A stretch of DNA of 63,613 nt, filler included, from Sphacelaria rigidula (Eukaryota), in assembly GCA_964200075.2 (NCBI GenBank). It is 8 parts of 8 records of this genome, joined end to end, with 100 filler letters (N's around TTAATTAATTAA, not from the genome) between each part and the next. Parts side by side here need not be neighbours in the genome. Positions count along the whole stretch, not along the records: positions 47,786 to 55,649 come from CAXNAA020013181.1; positions 55,750 to 63,613 come from CAXNAA020013182.1; 6 more parts are not named here. One strand, 5' to 3'. The stretch's first letter is position 1; each line of letters starts with the position of its first letter. The notes below the pieces were generated by a model. It was not told the DNA's origin, ran no database searches, and worked only from the letters and a program-made list of their open reading frames with translations. Of this stretch, positions 50,206-62,250 are shown one piece after another. The position numbers were made by a program, and so were the translations under genes.

Positions 50206-51201
50206 CTGCCATTGCCGGCCAGCAGCAGCATGAATAAAGCAGTCAGATTTCTCGGGAAATTGTTGCATCCCTTTGCATTGACCCTACTATCCCACTAGTC
50301 GACGTGAAATTGTAAAGACGGCCCTAGCTGCCTCAAGACAGACGATATCGGCCGCCTCAAGGGTCATATCGCTTTAGGTGATGGATCGGGTTGTACCACT
50401 CTTGGAGAGTGTTTATCTCACGAAGACCGCTGTGGACTAATGAGAGATCGATTTTCCTTTTGTAATAGACTAGCCGTCGAGGTTTCTACCCTGTATGTTG
50501 TGGGTTGCCGACTAAATAAGTTGACTGCATCCCTGCCAGATGGCCTGAGGCCAATTATACTGGGAGGGGGGGGGAAGCGTCAGACGCTAGCATGACACAG
50601 GTCATGCGGGATAAACAGGGGTCGGTGGGTGCTATTGTGGAACATGGGGGCACCTGGTATAATCACCATTTTATCATCAATCAAGGCATCTCTACTCTCG
50701 CTACCCTAGCGCGTAACGAAGACGTTTCAGCTAGAGCCTTGTTTGTTGAAGCACACTGGTGATATTTGCTTTTCAACTCCTTCATTAGATATCCTTGTCT
50801 TTTCAAACTCACTCACGATCCCTGAATCCACCCGAGTATACTCCAAATATGACCGTCTGAAATACGCACGAGCATCAATAAAAATACTACACGATCTACT
50901 CGCATATTATTTCCTCACACAAACGTACGACATATACTCCCGTCATCATCCGAACCCAATCAGTTTACCATGAAAAGAAGTAAGAGCAAGCAACCGTCAT
51001 ACGAACAATTGAATCAATCAGTCATCAACAAACCAACTGAGGGAGCGAAATAATCAATGCAATCAAATCAGCAATCGGCCATCGTTCGAGCAACCAGCTG
51101 CTCCGTACTCCAACCACCTGATGGACTCAATTCCTTACCCACCCATCCTCCAATTGAACTCATCAGAATAACCATGTACAATCTACCCAAAACCGCATCA
51201 C

Positions 51202-51232
51202 CTGCGTAGGCGCAGTAGCAGGAGGAGGAGGA

Positions 51233-51270
<38 letters not shown>

Positions 51271-51414
51271 GGTAGTAGTAGTAACGACCGTAGACACGGT
51301 TTCACTTGGGGGCAGAGTGAGCATGTGTTCCTCTGGCGCCAAGGTTTCCGGGGGAGCGGCGCAAACGTAGATAGCCTCTCGTCTGCGTAGCATCTTGCCC
51401 ACTTGCAGACCAAT
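51202..51414 (-). CDS. PHD-finger protein exon with poly-Thr/Ala/Pro tract
   Basis: AAACAG|ATT acceptor, ACGCAG|GTGATG donor; 213 bp, phase 0/0. Confidence 0.65.
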
Positions 51415-51615
51415 CTGTTTGTGCATGCGTGAGCGTGGGCAGCGGTGATGTATGAATAAGCGTTTCGCGTGTTTGCGGCGTGGAATCGAAACGTTTGGAG
51501 CATTCTCCATTCACGCACGAGCGTGCGTACGTTCGGGTGCTCGTGGGGAGGGGAGTGGAAGTGCGGCCCAAAATCGTGCCTCAAGCAACACATTTGTCCA
51601 TTGCTACTGTACAGA

Positions 51616-51686
51616 TGTATGTATGTATGTATGTATGTATGTATGTATGTATGTATGTATGTATGTATGTATGTATGTATGTATGT
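51616..51686. repeat. (ATGT)n microsatellite
   Basis: Directly visible. Confidence 0.97.
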
Positions 51687-52286
51687 GTGCTTGTCGAAGC
51701 ACGTGCGTCCAACGTTGTATCTCTAGATCTACATACAGCATGTTCTCTCCTGACTGAACATTGTAACTTCCACCTCAACCAACCCGCCGAGCGTCAGCTG
51801 CGGCAGAACGACCACTGGAAAATGACTGAAAATATGTATGTGGTTGATTCAGCAATGTACAATGGCCAAAAGGTAAGTACAAAGGAATACACGGTATGTT
51901 GTCACTTAGGGGGACGGGAGGGGGGGGGGGAAGTGCTCGCAAACATGGAAGAACTGCTCAGCTGAAGCGCCAGGATCACAAATGTTGAAGATCGGCCGAT
52001 GATGTTTTTCAGGATGGAGGTCTGCCGCGAGACGGGTTAAGTCGATAGATCTACCCTACGCTTCTTCGAAAGAAAAAAAAAAAGTAGTGTAGAGATCAAA
52101 CCAGAAGCCACGTCACCAACTCCACCAACCACGAAAAGGTACCAGACTCAAGGCTTGACTTTTGCACGTGACTTGATATTCTTCGCAAATGCATGTTGCC
52201 GTGAACACCATATCTCCTCTCCTCTCCTCCACTCATCGCGAGATAGAGATACTGGCTGGCGAGATCGAGAGCGCAGCTGTCAAGAC

Positions 52287-52529
52287 AATACCAGCCCCGA
52301 CAAACCAGCCCCAAGCCTGCCACGAAGAAAATGATTACACGGCGCATCACTGCTGGTATCAGACTGCATGAAGCGCCTCATATGGGCAACATTGGCGAAA
52401 ACGATCCCAAACGTGGGAGTTTCCAGCTTGTCGATGTGCCCTGCTCTCATCATCTTGATTCGCATGTAGAATTTGCCTCCTCAAACCACCACTTCCATCG
52501 GGGGGGGAGGGGTTATCGCGGCATCGCTC
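52287..52529. mobile_element. Sola2-like MITE family C, diverged
   Basis: CTGCATGAAGCGCCTCATATGGGC body; right end GGGGTTATCGCGGCATCGCTC. Confidence 0.7.
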
Positions 52530-54407
52530 AGACGTCAGCAGTAACCATTGCACCCACCCCCTTCCCCCCGCGCGCGAGCATTTCTCCCTGTTTTGAGATG
52601 TTTCTTCTAATGAAATCTCGCAAAAATCAAAGTCATTGATCCAACCAGACTCCCCTCACCAATAAGATCGTGTCGTTATCCTCAGCCCGTCACCAAAACG
52701 TCGGATTTTGGTCCTCATGAACACAAACACCGCGCAAACACATTATGTTTGAAATTGTGAAGATTCGGTCACTGCATGATCTCTGCATGCATCAACGTGC
52801 ATCATGTCATATTCCATCAATTCAGACGAGTTATGACGTATGTGATCCACAGCTATGGGTGCGCCTGGATCCCCAAAATGGGCAAAATAAAGTGTCACCG
52901 ACCAAAGTCACGAACGGGCACGAACAGACCGACTTTTGCGGTTTATCCGGGCACGTGGGGGTGAAATGCGACTTGCGTCATCGGAAGAGAACGACGTAAA
53001 CCCAAAATTCACTTCGAGAAAAAGTGGACTGCAATCGAAAATCAAAACTCCAACGTGGCTGTTACTGGCATTCTAGCGTATCGCAAGCGCGGAGGAAAAA
53101 TGACGCGGTGGCATGCAATACACGAGAAACAACAACGGGGATCATGGTTGAAGGGAAAACTGAATCGACCGGGGAACAAAAGCAAACGCAAGGCAGGGGG
53201 CACCTGGACGCTGTTAAGCCCGTCTTGCGTCGCAGCCTGTGTCTATTCGTCCCAGCAGTCGTAGTTGCGCACATAGCACGCGAAATACTCTACTTAGCTG
53301 TTGACGAGTGACGTCTATCGCTTTGGTCACACATAGGACATGTCAGACACACGCCGCTACCTTTGGCAGTCGCTCCCAAGGGGTCCGCAAAACCAGGACG
53401 CTGAACCAGCAGCAGCACCAAGTGCCCTTGCACCTGCCCCAGACGAGCCCACAGATGCCCATATATTTGTAGTACGTGAGGGTTGTATTTTGCACATACT
53501 GCACATTTCCATCACGAGCGGGTTGGAGAGCAGTTCTTTCATGGGGCCGCGCGGCAAGGACTCCTGGCGTGAGGGGGCCGACCAGTATGTTTTTGCCTTT
53601 CTTGGACAAGCTTAGACCGTAGCGAGTCGGATTTCATCAGACGGGACATCATCCCAAAGCGATCCCGAGGGGTGAGGGTCCAAGGGGTGCTTTTTCGGCG
53701 AGGGGTACGACGATGCAACCGTTCGTGGTATGTGCGTGCTATTTGCGTAGATTTTGGTTATGAAGGTAGCTCAATCATTTTGGGGGGGATGCGGATCGAA
53801 AGTGGGCCAATATCATGTGCTCAACATGCGACAGAGTTATATGTACTGATGAACTTCAACGAGGATGTTCCTTGCACAGACGAGTGGAGTACAAAACAGT
53901 CCCCGGGTGTGCGATGTGGGCTGGGCGAATGTTGGTCGACCACCTCGTCATGTTTTGAGGAGCTTGGTTTATCGTATGCCATCGTTCCGCAACTTTTGGC
54001 GGATGAATGGCTCCCCTTGTGCACGTGTATTTGTTGTTCCGTGGACATGGCTTTTCATTTCATGCAACATGATACTTGATCGGATTCCGAAGATAGTTGT
54101 GTTCCAAGAGGGAAATGAGAAACAAAACGTCGTCACGTTCGTCCCCCACCAGTGCCGATTACAACATTCGCGTGTCTTAAGACGGGTGGGTCCACCGGAA
54201 GACATAAGTAGGGCTTCGTGTGTCATGCGGCTTCAGCAAAAGTGGGTCGACGACTTTATGCTGTATTTTGTGCCGTCTTAATGACGCAGTATAGTTCACC
54301 ACTTGGGAGGTTGAGTTATTAGTCCACCTTGATTTTAGTGTTGACACCGAAATCTGGATATTTAGTGCGGGCTGTGCTAGCGTGCGCAGAACGCGTTTTT
54401 TTGCCTG

Positions 54408-54509
54408 AATCGGCGCCCGGGGCGCCGATTTGAGGTCTGGCAACGCACGCTTCGCCCGAGGGTTGTCGGAATGCATTCGTCGGGGTTAGGGTTTTAGGGT
54501 TAGGGTTAG
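54408..54509 (+). repeat. GC hairpin followed by an interstitial telomere-like (TTAGGG)n tract
   Basis: AATCGGCGCC-CGG-GGCGCCGATT (54408-54430); GGGTTAGGGTTTTAGGGTTAGGGTTAG (54483-54509). Confidence 0.8.
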
Positions 54510-54888
54510 TGTTATCGTTTGTTCGCTCCGCTGCTGCAAGATCGCCAAGGTTCTTGCTCTCGTTCGCGCGACTCATTATTGAGGGCTGTTGGAGTGCGTT
54601 GCCATTGCGTTCAATGTACTGCTCGTCTCTATTTCGCAGATGTTCCGTCTTGCCAGCTTGCCCTGTGGCTTTTTTTCTCCTTCAGTTTGCCCATACTTGC
54701 CGCCAGGTGAGGTTAGATACTAAGCTACGCTATTGATGGTGGCGTGGTGATTACACTGGATGCAGGAAACGAGCGCTACTCTTGCCACCGACACGAACGA
54801 TGCACAGATGGGGGTATATGTCTCGCAGATACAGCCTATGTATGGGGGGTCGGTCGAAGGTTCAGATTCTACACCTGCCGAACATTCC

Positions 54889-55028
54889 CACACCCTGGAC
54901 AAAAGATTGTACTGTCAAAAAATGTACTGCGTACAGTGTGTAACCTATTTTCTGTTGCAATAAAGGCGCAATAGTCGATACGGTACGCAGTACACTTTTT
55001 GACAAGGTAACGTCTTGTCCAGGGTATG
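54889..55028. mobile_element. hAT MITE family D
   Basis: CACACCCTGGACAA...TTGTCCAGGGTATG; perfect TSD AACATTCC (54881-54888, 55029-55036). Confidence 0.93.
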
Positions 55029-55649
55029 AACATTCCACACATCCGGTGTATCAACCATCTGCACCATCAAGAGTCATTCACGGATGTAATCTATTCTGAG
55101 GCCGTTGGACAGGGGTAAAGCTTTCGCGTATCGTGGAAACTGGCGAGGGTTGGAGGCACTTGCTTGCGCTGATAGCCCCAACCGTTTCCCAAAATACTCA
55201 TCGCCAGGGCCATCGATTGGAATACGACTTTTTTAATCATCTGCGCCAAAACGACAGCTACAACTTGACGGTAAATATTTAATCAAGTGGGGGGAAAACA
55301 CTTCTTTTTTTGCGATTTTTTCCATCACCATAACTTCATTGGCAACAAGATTGTGTCAGATTGCAGCTTGAACAAGTACACGCCGGTGAGTACCCGAGGC
55401 ACGCCATGGTTCGTAGTCTGGAACGAATAAAATGAGGAACCGTCAAGTGAAAACCCCACACGAATCACAAGTACTTTCGGTGATTTACGGCGAGCATCAC
55501 CAGGGGATGAAGAAGATCTGTGTTATCTCCGTGTTTTTGGTCGGTGGCACTTCCCCCCCCCCTCCCCCCCCCCCCCTTCATAGATGAAGACGCGGGGTAC
55601 AAGGCAAAAGTAAGAGATATGATCGAAATAAGGGAAAAAGGAGCGCTCA

Positions 55650-55749
55650 NNNNNNNNNNNNNNNNNNNNNNNNNNNNNNNNNNNNNNNNNNNNTTAATTA
55701 ATTAANNNNNNNNNNNNNNNNNNNNNNNNNNNNNNNNNNNNNNNNNNNN
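55650..55749. other. Artificial contig linker
   Basis: N44-TTAATTAATTAA-N44. Confidence 0.99.
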
Positions 55750-55984
55750 CGAATCCCACGGTAGGGGGGGCCCGGAAGAGAAAAAATGAGGTCCTTCGTC
55801 TCTACAGACCCAACCCCACCCAGCAGAAAAGGGAGGGGGGGGGGGGGGGTCAACGGTGTGATACACACATGCAAATACAAAAAAGTGATGCTATGACGTC
55901 GGATACCCCGTAGAACATACGGTATTGCATCCCTACACTTGTGTTGTTTTTCTCGTCTCTTGTTTTTTTGTCATATTCCGTCAG

Positions 55985-58900
55985 GTGGGTTCGTGTACCG
56001 AGGAACGTTCTTCAGCGAAGTGTTGGGTGGAGCCTACGTGTTCGGCGACACGGGCCCACAAAAGTGAGAGATCAATTTGCATTGCTATTGATTGCGTAAA
56101 AATGCGCATTATTTCGCCATATATGTTTTTTGGGACGGATGCTACTTGAATCTATCTCGGCCGTTGTTTTTTTGTTTTTTACGATTTCCATTCCTCTCCA
56201 CCTTTTCTATGCTTCCCGTTTCTTCAGTTTACTGTGTTCTCGTCTAAATCAAATGTTATCGCCTGCACGTTGAGTATTCTTATCTCATGACCGGCTGGGT
56301 TCCCCGGATATTACTCTAACCCTTTGTGGACCGGGCTCCCAGAAACATGGGGTTTTGCACCCAGGGGCCTCTTTGTGAATCGGCACCCTAAATCCAGTAA
56401 TTTCTAGACAAATGACTCATTCGTCCGACCCTTGGAAGTTTCCTTGCCTTCTTCTGTTCTCTGTCGTGTAGTTGATATGTCGTACGTGGTGTATGTCTAT
56501 CTCCCGGACACATCGCGGCATTCCCCACGTCGTTGAACGGCTTTGTGAGTTTGCGTATTCATTTTTATTTTTCCGCACGTTGTGCTGTTCGCGACTGCTG
56601 CCTGCAGCAAGCTGTACTACCTCAAGGAGATCGACGGAGAGTGGAGGCCCGGCACTATTTCACAAGGCGTGAACGTCATTGCTTTCGCCCAGGATAACCA
56701 GGTACATGGATACCGACTCGCCCCGGTGGCTGAATGGTTCCGTGAACGCTTGGTAAGGCGTATGTTTGAGGTGGTTCGGATGTCGACGGTATCATTAGCC
56801 TGCTTTTTTCTCCCATAACTTGGTTTCCGGTAGTGGCGTGCGCTGAGGTAGACAACGCAGCATTGTTCCCTGTCAACTTGTAGAGTTGTTCCCATGTTTT
56901 CTTATGTTGCCGTGGTCCTTGAACATACCCCCTCCCCCCCCCGCCCCCTCCCCTCCCTGCACGCGCTCCCACGCCTCCTCCTTCTGTTCTGCCCTCTCCC
57001 AGGGAGAACTGTACGTACTGACTCGGACGAACGCAGGCTCCGGTAACTTCGATTGGAGGATTTACGAGCTGCCCTGTGGAGATCTGTGCGAAACGACCTG
57101 TCTGGAGCAGTCTTTGGTTTTGCCTGAGTTCACGGTAAGAGCATGGACCGGCTGCATGCAGTATGACGAATACTTGTGTCGTTCTTTCCACCCCAAGGTA
57201 GGTGTATTGGGAAACACTAACCTCAAAGTGACCCGTATTGGGAAAATCGTGTGCTTTGACATCCGCCTCACACGTGCATGCAGTGCTTTGGCGCGGAAAC
57301 GGAAACGTTTTTCAAGGTTGTGATATGTTTGTCGTTGTTTCACTCGTGCATTTCAATGCATTCACGTCGTGGTGACATTTCAATACTCTCATCTATCATG
57401 CTTTACACTGCTGCACCCATGCGATGACTGTGAAACAGGACCTGCCCAGAGCACCATACAGCCCACACGGAAGATGCTTAATCGTCGTGTATCGATTTAT
57501 TTCATGAGTGCATGTACCGCATCCAAAGCTCCCGCCCCCGCCCGGTCTACTACTCCTTGTTTGCCATGCCTTATCTTCCATGTGCGCGTGTGTGCACGTT
57601 TTTCTCCCAGTCGCTTGGGTGTGTTGTGGACGTGGTTAGTGACCGTGCGCTCACTCTGGCAGGATCCACGTGCGCTGCAGGCGAGCAGGCGATGAGCCCG
57701 TCGGTGAGTACAGCACGGGGCAGCGTACGCCCTCCCCCCACCCCCACCCCCACCCCATCCCGCGCCCTCATCGGGACGCGAGTGCTCCAGCCATTCTTTT
57801 CGAACAAGTGCGAGCGCTCTTTTCTTGTACTATTACCTTACTCAAAGCGATTAGTCCTTCTTTTCCCACTCAAGTTCGCCGCCTCTTTCGAGGGCTTTCC
57901 CGAGCCGCTGTTCATGATCCAATCCGCGAGACCACCAAACTGCGAGGTATGTACGGTGGAGAAACCATGGACTTGTCCAGAGGAAGGGGAAGGGTTGGAA
58001 GTGTGACGAAAAAGAAGGATACTACTCGAACAATGCAGCACAAATCATGATTTCCTGGTGGTGTTCCTCGTAGGCGAATGCCGTCCCCCGGCCAAGCTCT
58101 GAATGAGTGCACCGCTAGCTGCCGTCATAGCGCTACTGTGTGTTGGGGTGGCGGGATTCCTTTTCAAACTCTTGTTAAACCCGATGGTTACGCGGAGTAC
58201 CTCTAGACCTTGAAGAGACCCTCTGCCACCCCCCTTTCTCCTCTGCTCCTCCAAGTGTCGACGCTTCAAAAGACTTTTTTCTAATCCTCTCTAACCGCCG
58301 CCATCTCGTCAACTCCTCAATTTTGCTGCGTGCTCGTTCCAGATCTGTGCCTCATGGTGCAATACGTTCGGCGCGAAGTACGCGGGAGTTCAGTTTGGCT
58401 TCGAGGTGCGTCTCTGCCAATAATAGATTTCGACGAAGCAAAGTAAAGGGGATAAAGTGGAGCCCGGTGGAAGTAGAGTCCAGCGGCCAAAACGTGCTCC
58501 TACAAACATGCCACAAAAGGGTATGGCAGTACAGTAGGCGGTTTTGGTTTGGAAACGCGGTAGTTTCTGCCCGTGTAGCTCTTGTCAGTGTCAGTATCTA
58601 ATTGACCAGACCGTTTCGGATACACCCGTTCCCGGTCTCTCAGTATGCATGATGACTTTCCCTGGTGTTACATCAAGAACACCCGGAGAACGATACTGTA
58701 TAATCAGAGCGTTTACGCCCACAGAAGCTACATGGAAAAGATAGTTCTCGAAATTGACCTTGAACATTGAAATAAGGTTCTATTTCGAAACAACAGTGCT
58801 TTCCGTGGCCTACAAGCATAACATTTGGCTTGCATATAGACGAACTCCTGCCCCCCGCGACGTCCCGGAAACTGTCCTTTTTAGGGTTTCTGGTCTTTGG

Positions 58901-59521
58901 CTTTCCTTAAATGTGTGACTGCTTTGTCTCGAAAGACAAGCGTGGTCAATGGTCAAACGACGAAGGCAAGCAACAAATGAGTACCCCCCCCCTCCCCTCC
59001 CCCTCCCCATCCCCCGAAGGGTATGAGCGACAACACCTCTTCACCTCGATTTGAGGGGTGGAATAAGGACGATTTCAGCCCCACACTGATGTTTTCGCAC
59101 GTACCCTTTCAGGGGAACGGAAGATGGGAAACCCCCAAAAATAGTGTCTGGGAGGTCGGGGGGCATGATGTCGTCCAGGTGAAAACTCGTTTCCTGACTT
59201 GAGGTCAGGAAAAGCAAAGTTTTGGAGTTGAAGTGCAACCTCATCTTCGAAGTTCATAATGAGGATAGATCACACTAGTTGCTGTTGTCGATATATTAAT
59301 CTCCATCCCCATCTGATGTCATCACTTTCCGCAATTCAAACTGATCAGTGCTTCTGCGGAACGGCCACGGATATATACGACAAGCATGGGGCCGGCACTG
59401 AATGCATCACGCTCTGCAAGGGTGTCCCTGACTTCCAATGCGGAGGCACCAGCTTCATGGAGGTGCGTTGAAACATAGTTGGAGCATTAATTGTCTAGAA
59501 AACTACCCCAACTACTTGGGG

Positions 59522-59572
<51 letters not shown>

Positions 59573-61478
59573 TGTGTTGTCGACCCATTTATTCTGGGCA
59601 CGAGTGTACACCTCTCGGTATATGTGGGCGCATCAGCCGGGGTCACCCAGGAGGAAGGTCAACACAGGAGCTTTTTCGTTCTTAATTTATTTTTAATACC
59701 CCACCTTCCTTCTGCGGTGCTTGCCTTTATTTTTCATCGAGAGGGGTTCAGCAGTCCCTTTCCCTCGTCAACCGTTAAATCGAACTTTGTGTACCCACGG
59801 TAGTAATGGGGATAATAGTCATGAGGAACGTAGTACGGAATTCAAACCATGATGCGATTATTTTCATGATGAAACGCAGTGATGAGGACAGGCTAATGAT
59901 ATGATGATGTAGTCGACTACTACTGATGATGAACGTGACAAACACAGCTAATATTGTTGAGCAATGCTACGGTAGGGGTGCACTTTTTTCGCGAAAAATT
60001 GTCTGATTCAGGAGCTTTGAACGATTCTAGATGCACAAGAAAGGGCATCCATCCTCGTTTGCAGATTCATTCGGGATATCCCCAGCACATCGGAATAGTA
60101 ATCCTGGCGTACTTTCGCATATTTCCATAAGTCGTTTTTTGGATGAGATAAAGGGTTCCTAACAATTCTAACCTCAGGAAAATTTTGTGTACCCCTACCG
60201 TAGCATCACTCTGCAGGGGTAGGCACTGCTACAGCCACGGTGGAGCGTGCTGTATCACCGCACACATCCAGTGTGTCATCCTCCGCAGAGAAGTACAGTA
60301 AGCAGTAGTTGGATGAAAAACAGTGGCATGGAAGGTGTTACAAGGGGGGAATGTTGTATTTCGAAGCCGAAATGACCGTTTTGATTTTCAGTGGCACCTG
60401 CAGTCGATGCAGATTTTGTGACCGCCTTTTGCGTATGTATGAATGTATATCCCGGCCCGCTGCAAAAACGTTTGTCGTGCCCATTTGTGGATTGAGAAGG
60501 TCTTCGAAATCCTGGAATCCGCTCCGACACCGGAACCCACTCCAGCACCTGGATCCACTCCGGCACCTGTCGCCCCGAGTGATTCGACTCCCCTCGGTTG
60601 CTACGCAGACGTGACATCAGCACGGATCATGGGCCAGATTTCTCTCAATGACGCAGGGATGACTACGGCGGTGAGGAAATGTAGGCGCGTTGCAAAAGTA
60701 GAGGAGTGTTGTCGTCTAACCTATCCCAGGTTTTGCTCTCCTGCTCTTGTCTATGTCGTTGCTTCGAGGTGATGTTGGCATACGTATCAGTCATGTTTCC
60801 ACGGGAATACTTGGAAAATATACGGGCAAACGATTACTGTAATGCGTGAGAGGACCGCATCCGAATTCAAACACCTCTATGGTTGTGGTTAGGGTGAGGT
60901 TTAGTGTTGGGGTCAGGGTCAGGAGCGTGGTCCCTGCGGAATCTGGCCCGATTGGTTTTGAAAAATGTCGATCCTCAGGTGTTTTGAACTACTAACGGGC
61001 TCCTAAGCACGCGGTCCTCTCACGCATTACAATTACCAGGGCGTCGTGAGTCATTTCTGTCCGCCAATACTGGTTGGGTATCGAGTAGAGGGAGTCGGGG
61101 TGACCAAATCGGGTTGATAATTCAATTTGTACACCACAACACTAGATATGAAGTTCCGAAACATATTTCGAAACAAGTCTCTGATGAAAATGCGTGGTGA
61201 ATGACGACAACTTTGTTCCACTTGCATGATCCGCGCGCACCAACACACGACGCACACCCACACGTGTTCTGTAATGCCATTTTGCCACGTACAATTTACG
61301 CTGGTCGACGACGATTCGAACAACTACTCCATGGCCAACCGAACCCAATCCATCCCGCTTCTTCCTTTCTTCACATGTCTTCCTTGGCAATGTGATCGCT
61401 TTCCTCTTGCCACAGTTATGCGAGACCCACTGTGCCGCGCTGGATGCCGCGCTCTTCGGGACTCAGTTCGGAACCGAG
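55985..61478 (+). CDS. Glucose/sorbosone dehydrogenase (HHIP/HIPL-like propeller) + WSC domain protein, partial; exons 55985-56063, 56608-56701, 57003-57134, 57611-57703, 58343-58405, 59349-59462, 60500-60670, 61416-61478
   Basis: All introns GT-AG with matching phases. Spliced product GGFVYRG..GAYVFGD..IAFAQDNQGELYVL..IYELPC..SLGCVVD..RAL..ICASWC..YAGVQFGFECFCG..CITLCKG..CGGTSFMEVFEI-PT linker-LGCYAD..RIM..MTTALCETHC..FGTQFGTE. Confidence 0.92.
59011..59250. repeat. Partial diverged hairpin module B (intronic)
   Basis: CCCCCGAAGGGTATG..TTTCGCAC.TACCCT..GGGAGGTCGGG..TCGTCC..AGGTCAGG matches 24382-24600. Confidence 0.7.
59524..59799 (-). mobile_element. 5'-truncated SINE with (CA)n tail (intronic)
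   Basis: 59659-59799 matches 23894-24036; the minus-strand 3' end runs into (CA)n at 59524-59577. Confidence 0.85.
59959..60211. mobile_element. Sola2-like G-type MITE (intronic)
   Basis: GAGCAATGCTACGGTAGGGGTGCAC...GTGTACCCCTACCGTAGCATCACTC; TSD not clean (TGTT/TGCA). Confidence 0.75.
60838..61031. mobile_element. 194-bp TGT...ACA MITE with 5-bp TSD (Ginger/TDD-like)
   Basis: Perfect 21-bp TIR TGTAATGCGTGAGAGGACCGC; TSD ATTAC (60833-60837, 61032-61036). Confidence 0.85.
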
Positions 61479-61641
61479 GTGAGAAAAACGCATTTCGTCC
61501 GCTCAGCGATACTGGGGTCTTGTGAATTTACCGACTTTGCGTGCCTCGAAGATAATGTCGTCGACATGTGTGCAAATATCTATATTAACAAACACGCGTA
61601 CTTCAAGGTTTAGACTGGCGTCCGGAATAGATGGGATGGTA

Positions 61642-61656
61642 GCGCGCGCGCGCGCG

Positions 61657-61715
<59 letters not shown>
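61642..61715. repeat. (GC)12(AC)25 alternating purine-pyrimidine tract
   Basis: Directly visible. Confidence 0.97.
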
Positions 61716-61716
<1 letters not shown>

Positions 61717-62250
61717 GCGGTCCTTGAAGACGTACTTCAACATGCGGCAGATACTGTCCCTCCGCCTGTACACTAAATGATGTTCAATGGTATGAAGTTG
61801 CGAAACGGATGCACCGTCATTTCGGATCATCGTCCACTCTTGTCACCGGATTGTCGCTCTAACTTTCAGGGGTCGAAGCCCCACCTACGATAGAACACAT
61901 GGACGTGCACTCTCTTCCTCCCTCGGCCATAGCAGACAGCTGCTGCAAACCGCTGTTGCCTCTGTTTTTATTCTTCCACCATGGCTCCTGCGAAGCTCGT
62001 CCTTGCAGCTTTCATCTACAAGGCCCTGAGAAAACATGCCCCGAAAAAACTCGCGGGACTGTCTTCCAGAGTACCCGCCAAATCTGTCAAACAGAAAGGA
62101 TGACTTCCGTTCAATGAGTCACATGAAGATGGTATTCCTCTTGCGTCCGACTTTTGATCAGAAACCTCGATGTTTGCTAGCTATGTTGCTAACCCCCCCC
62201 CCCCCCGCTACCCCACCCATCCAACCTCGAATCGATCACAACCACATCAG

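Noticed and set aside
51940-52280. Further upstream exons of the PHD gene
   Set aside because: Candidate acceptors exist, but the donors are weak and no motif anchors the frame.
53455-53511. RanBP2-type zinc finger fragment WKCAVCAKYNP on the minus strand
   Set aside because: The second Cys pair is missing, a stop lies directly upstream and there is no clear splice context; at best a decayed relic.
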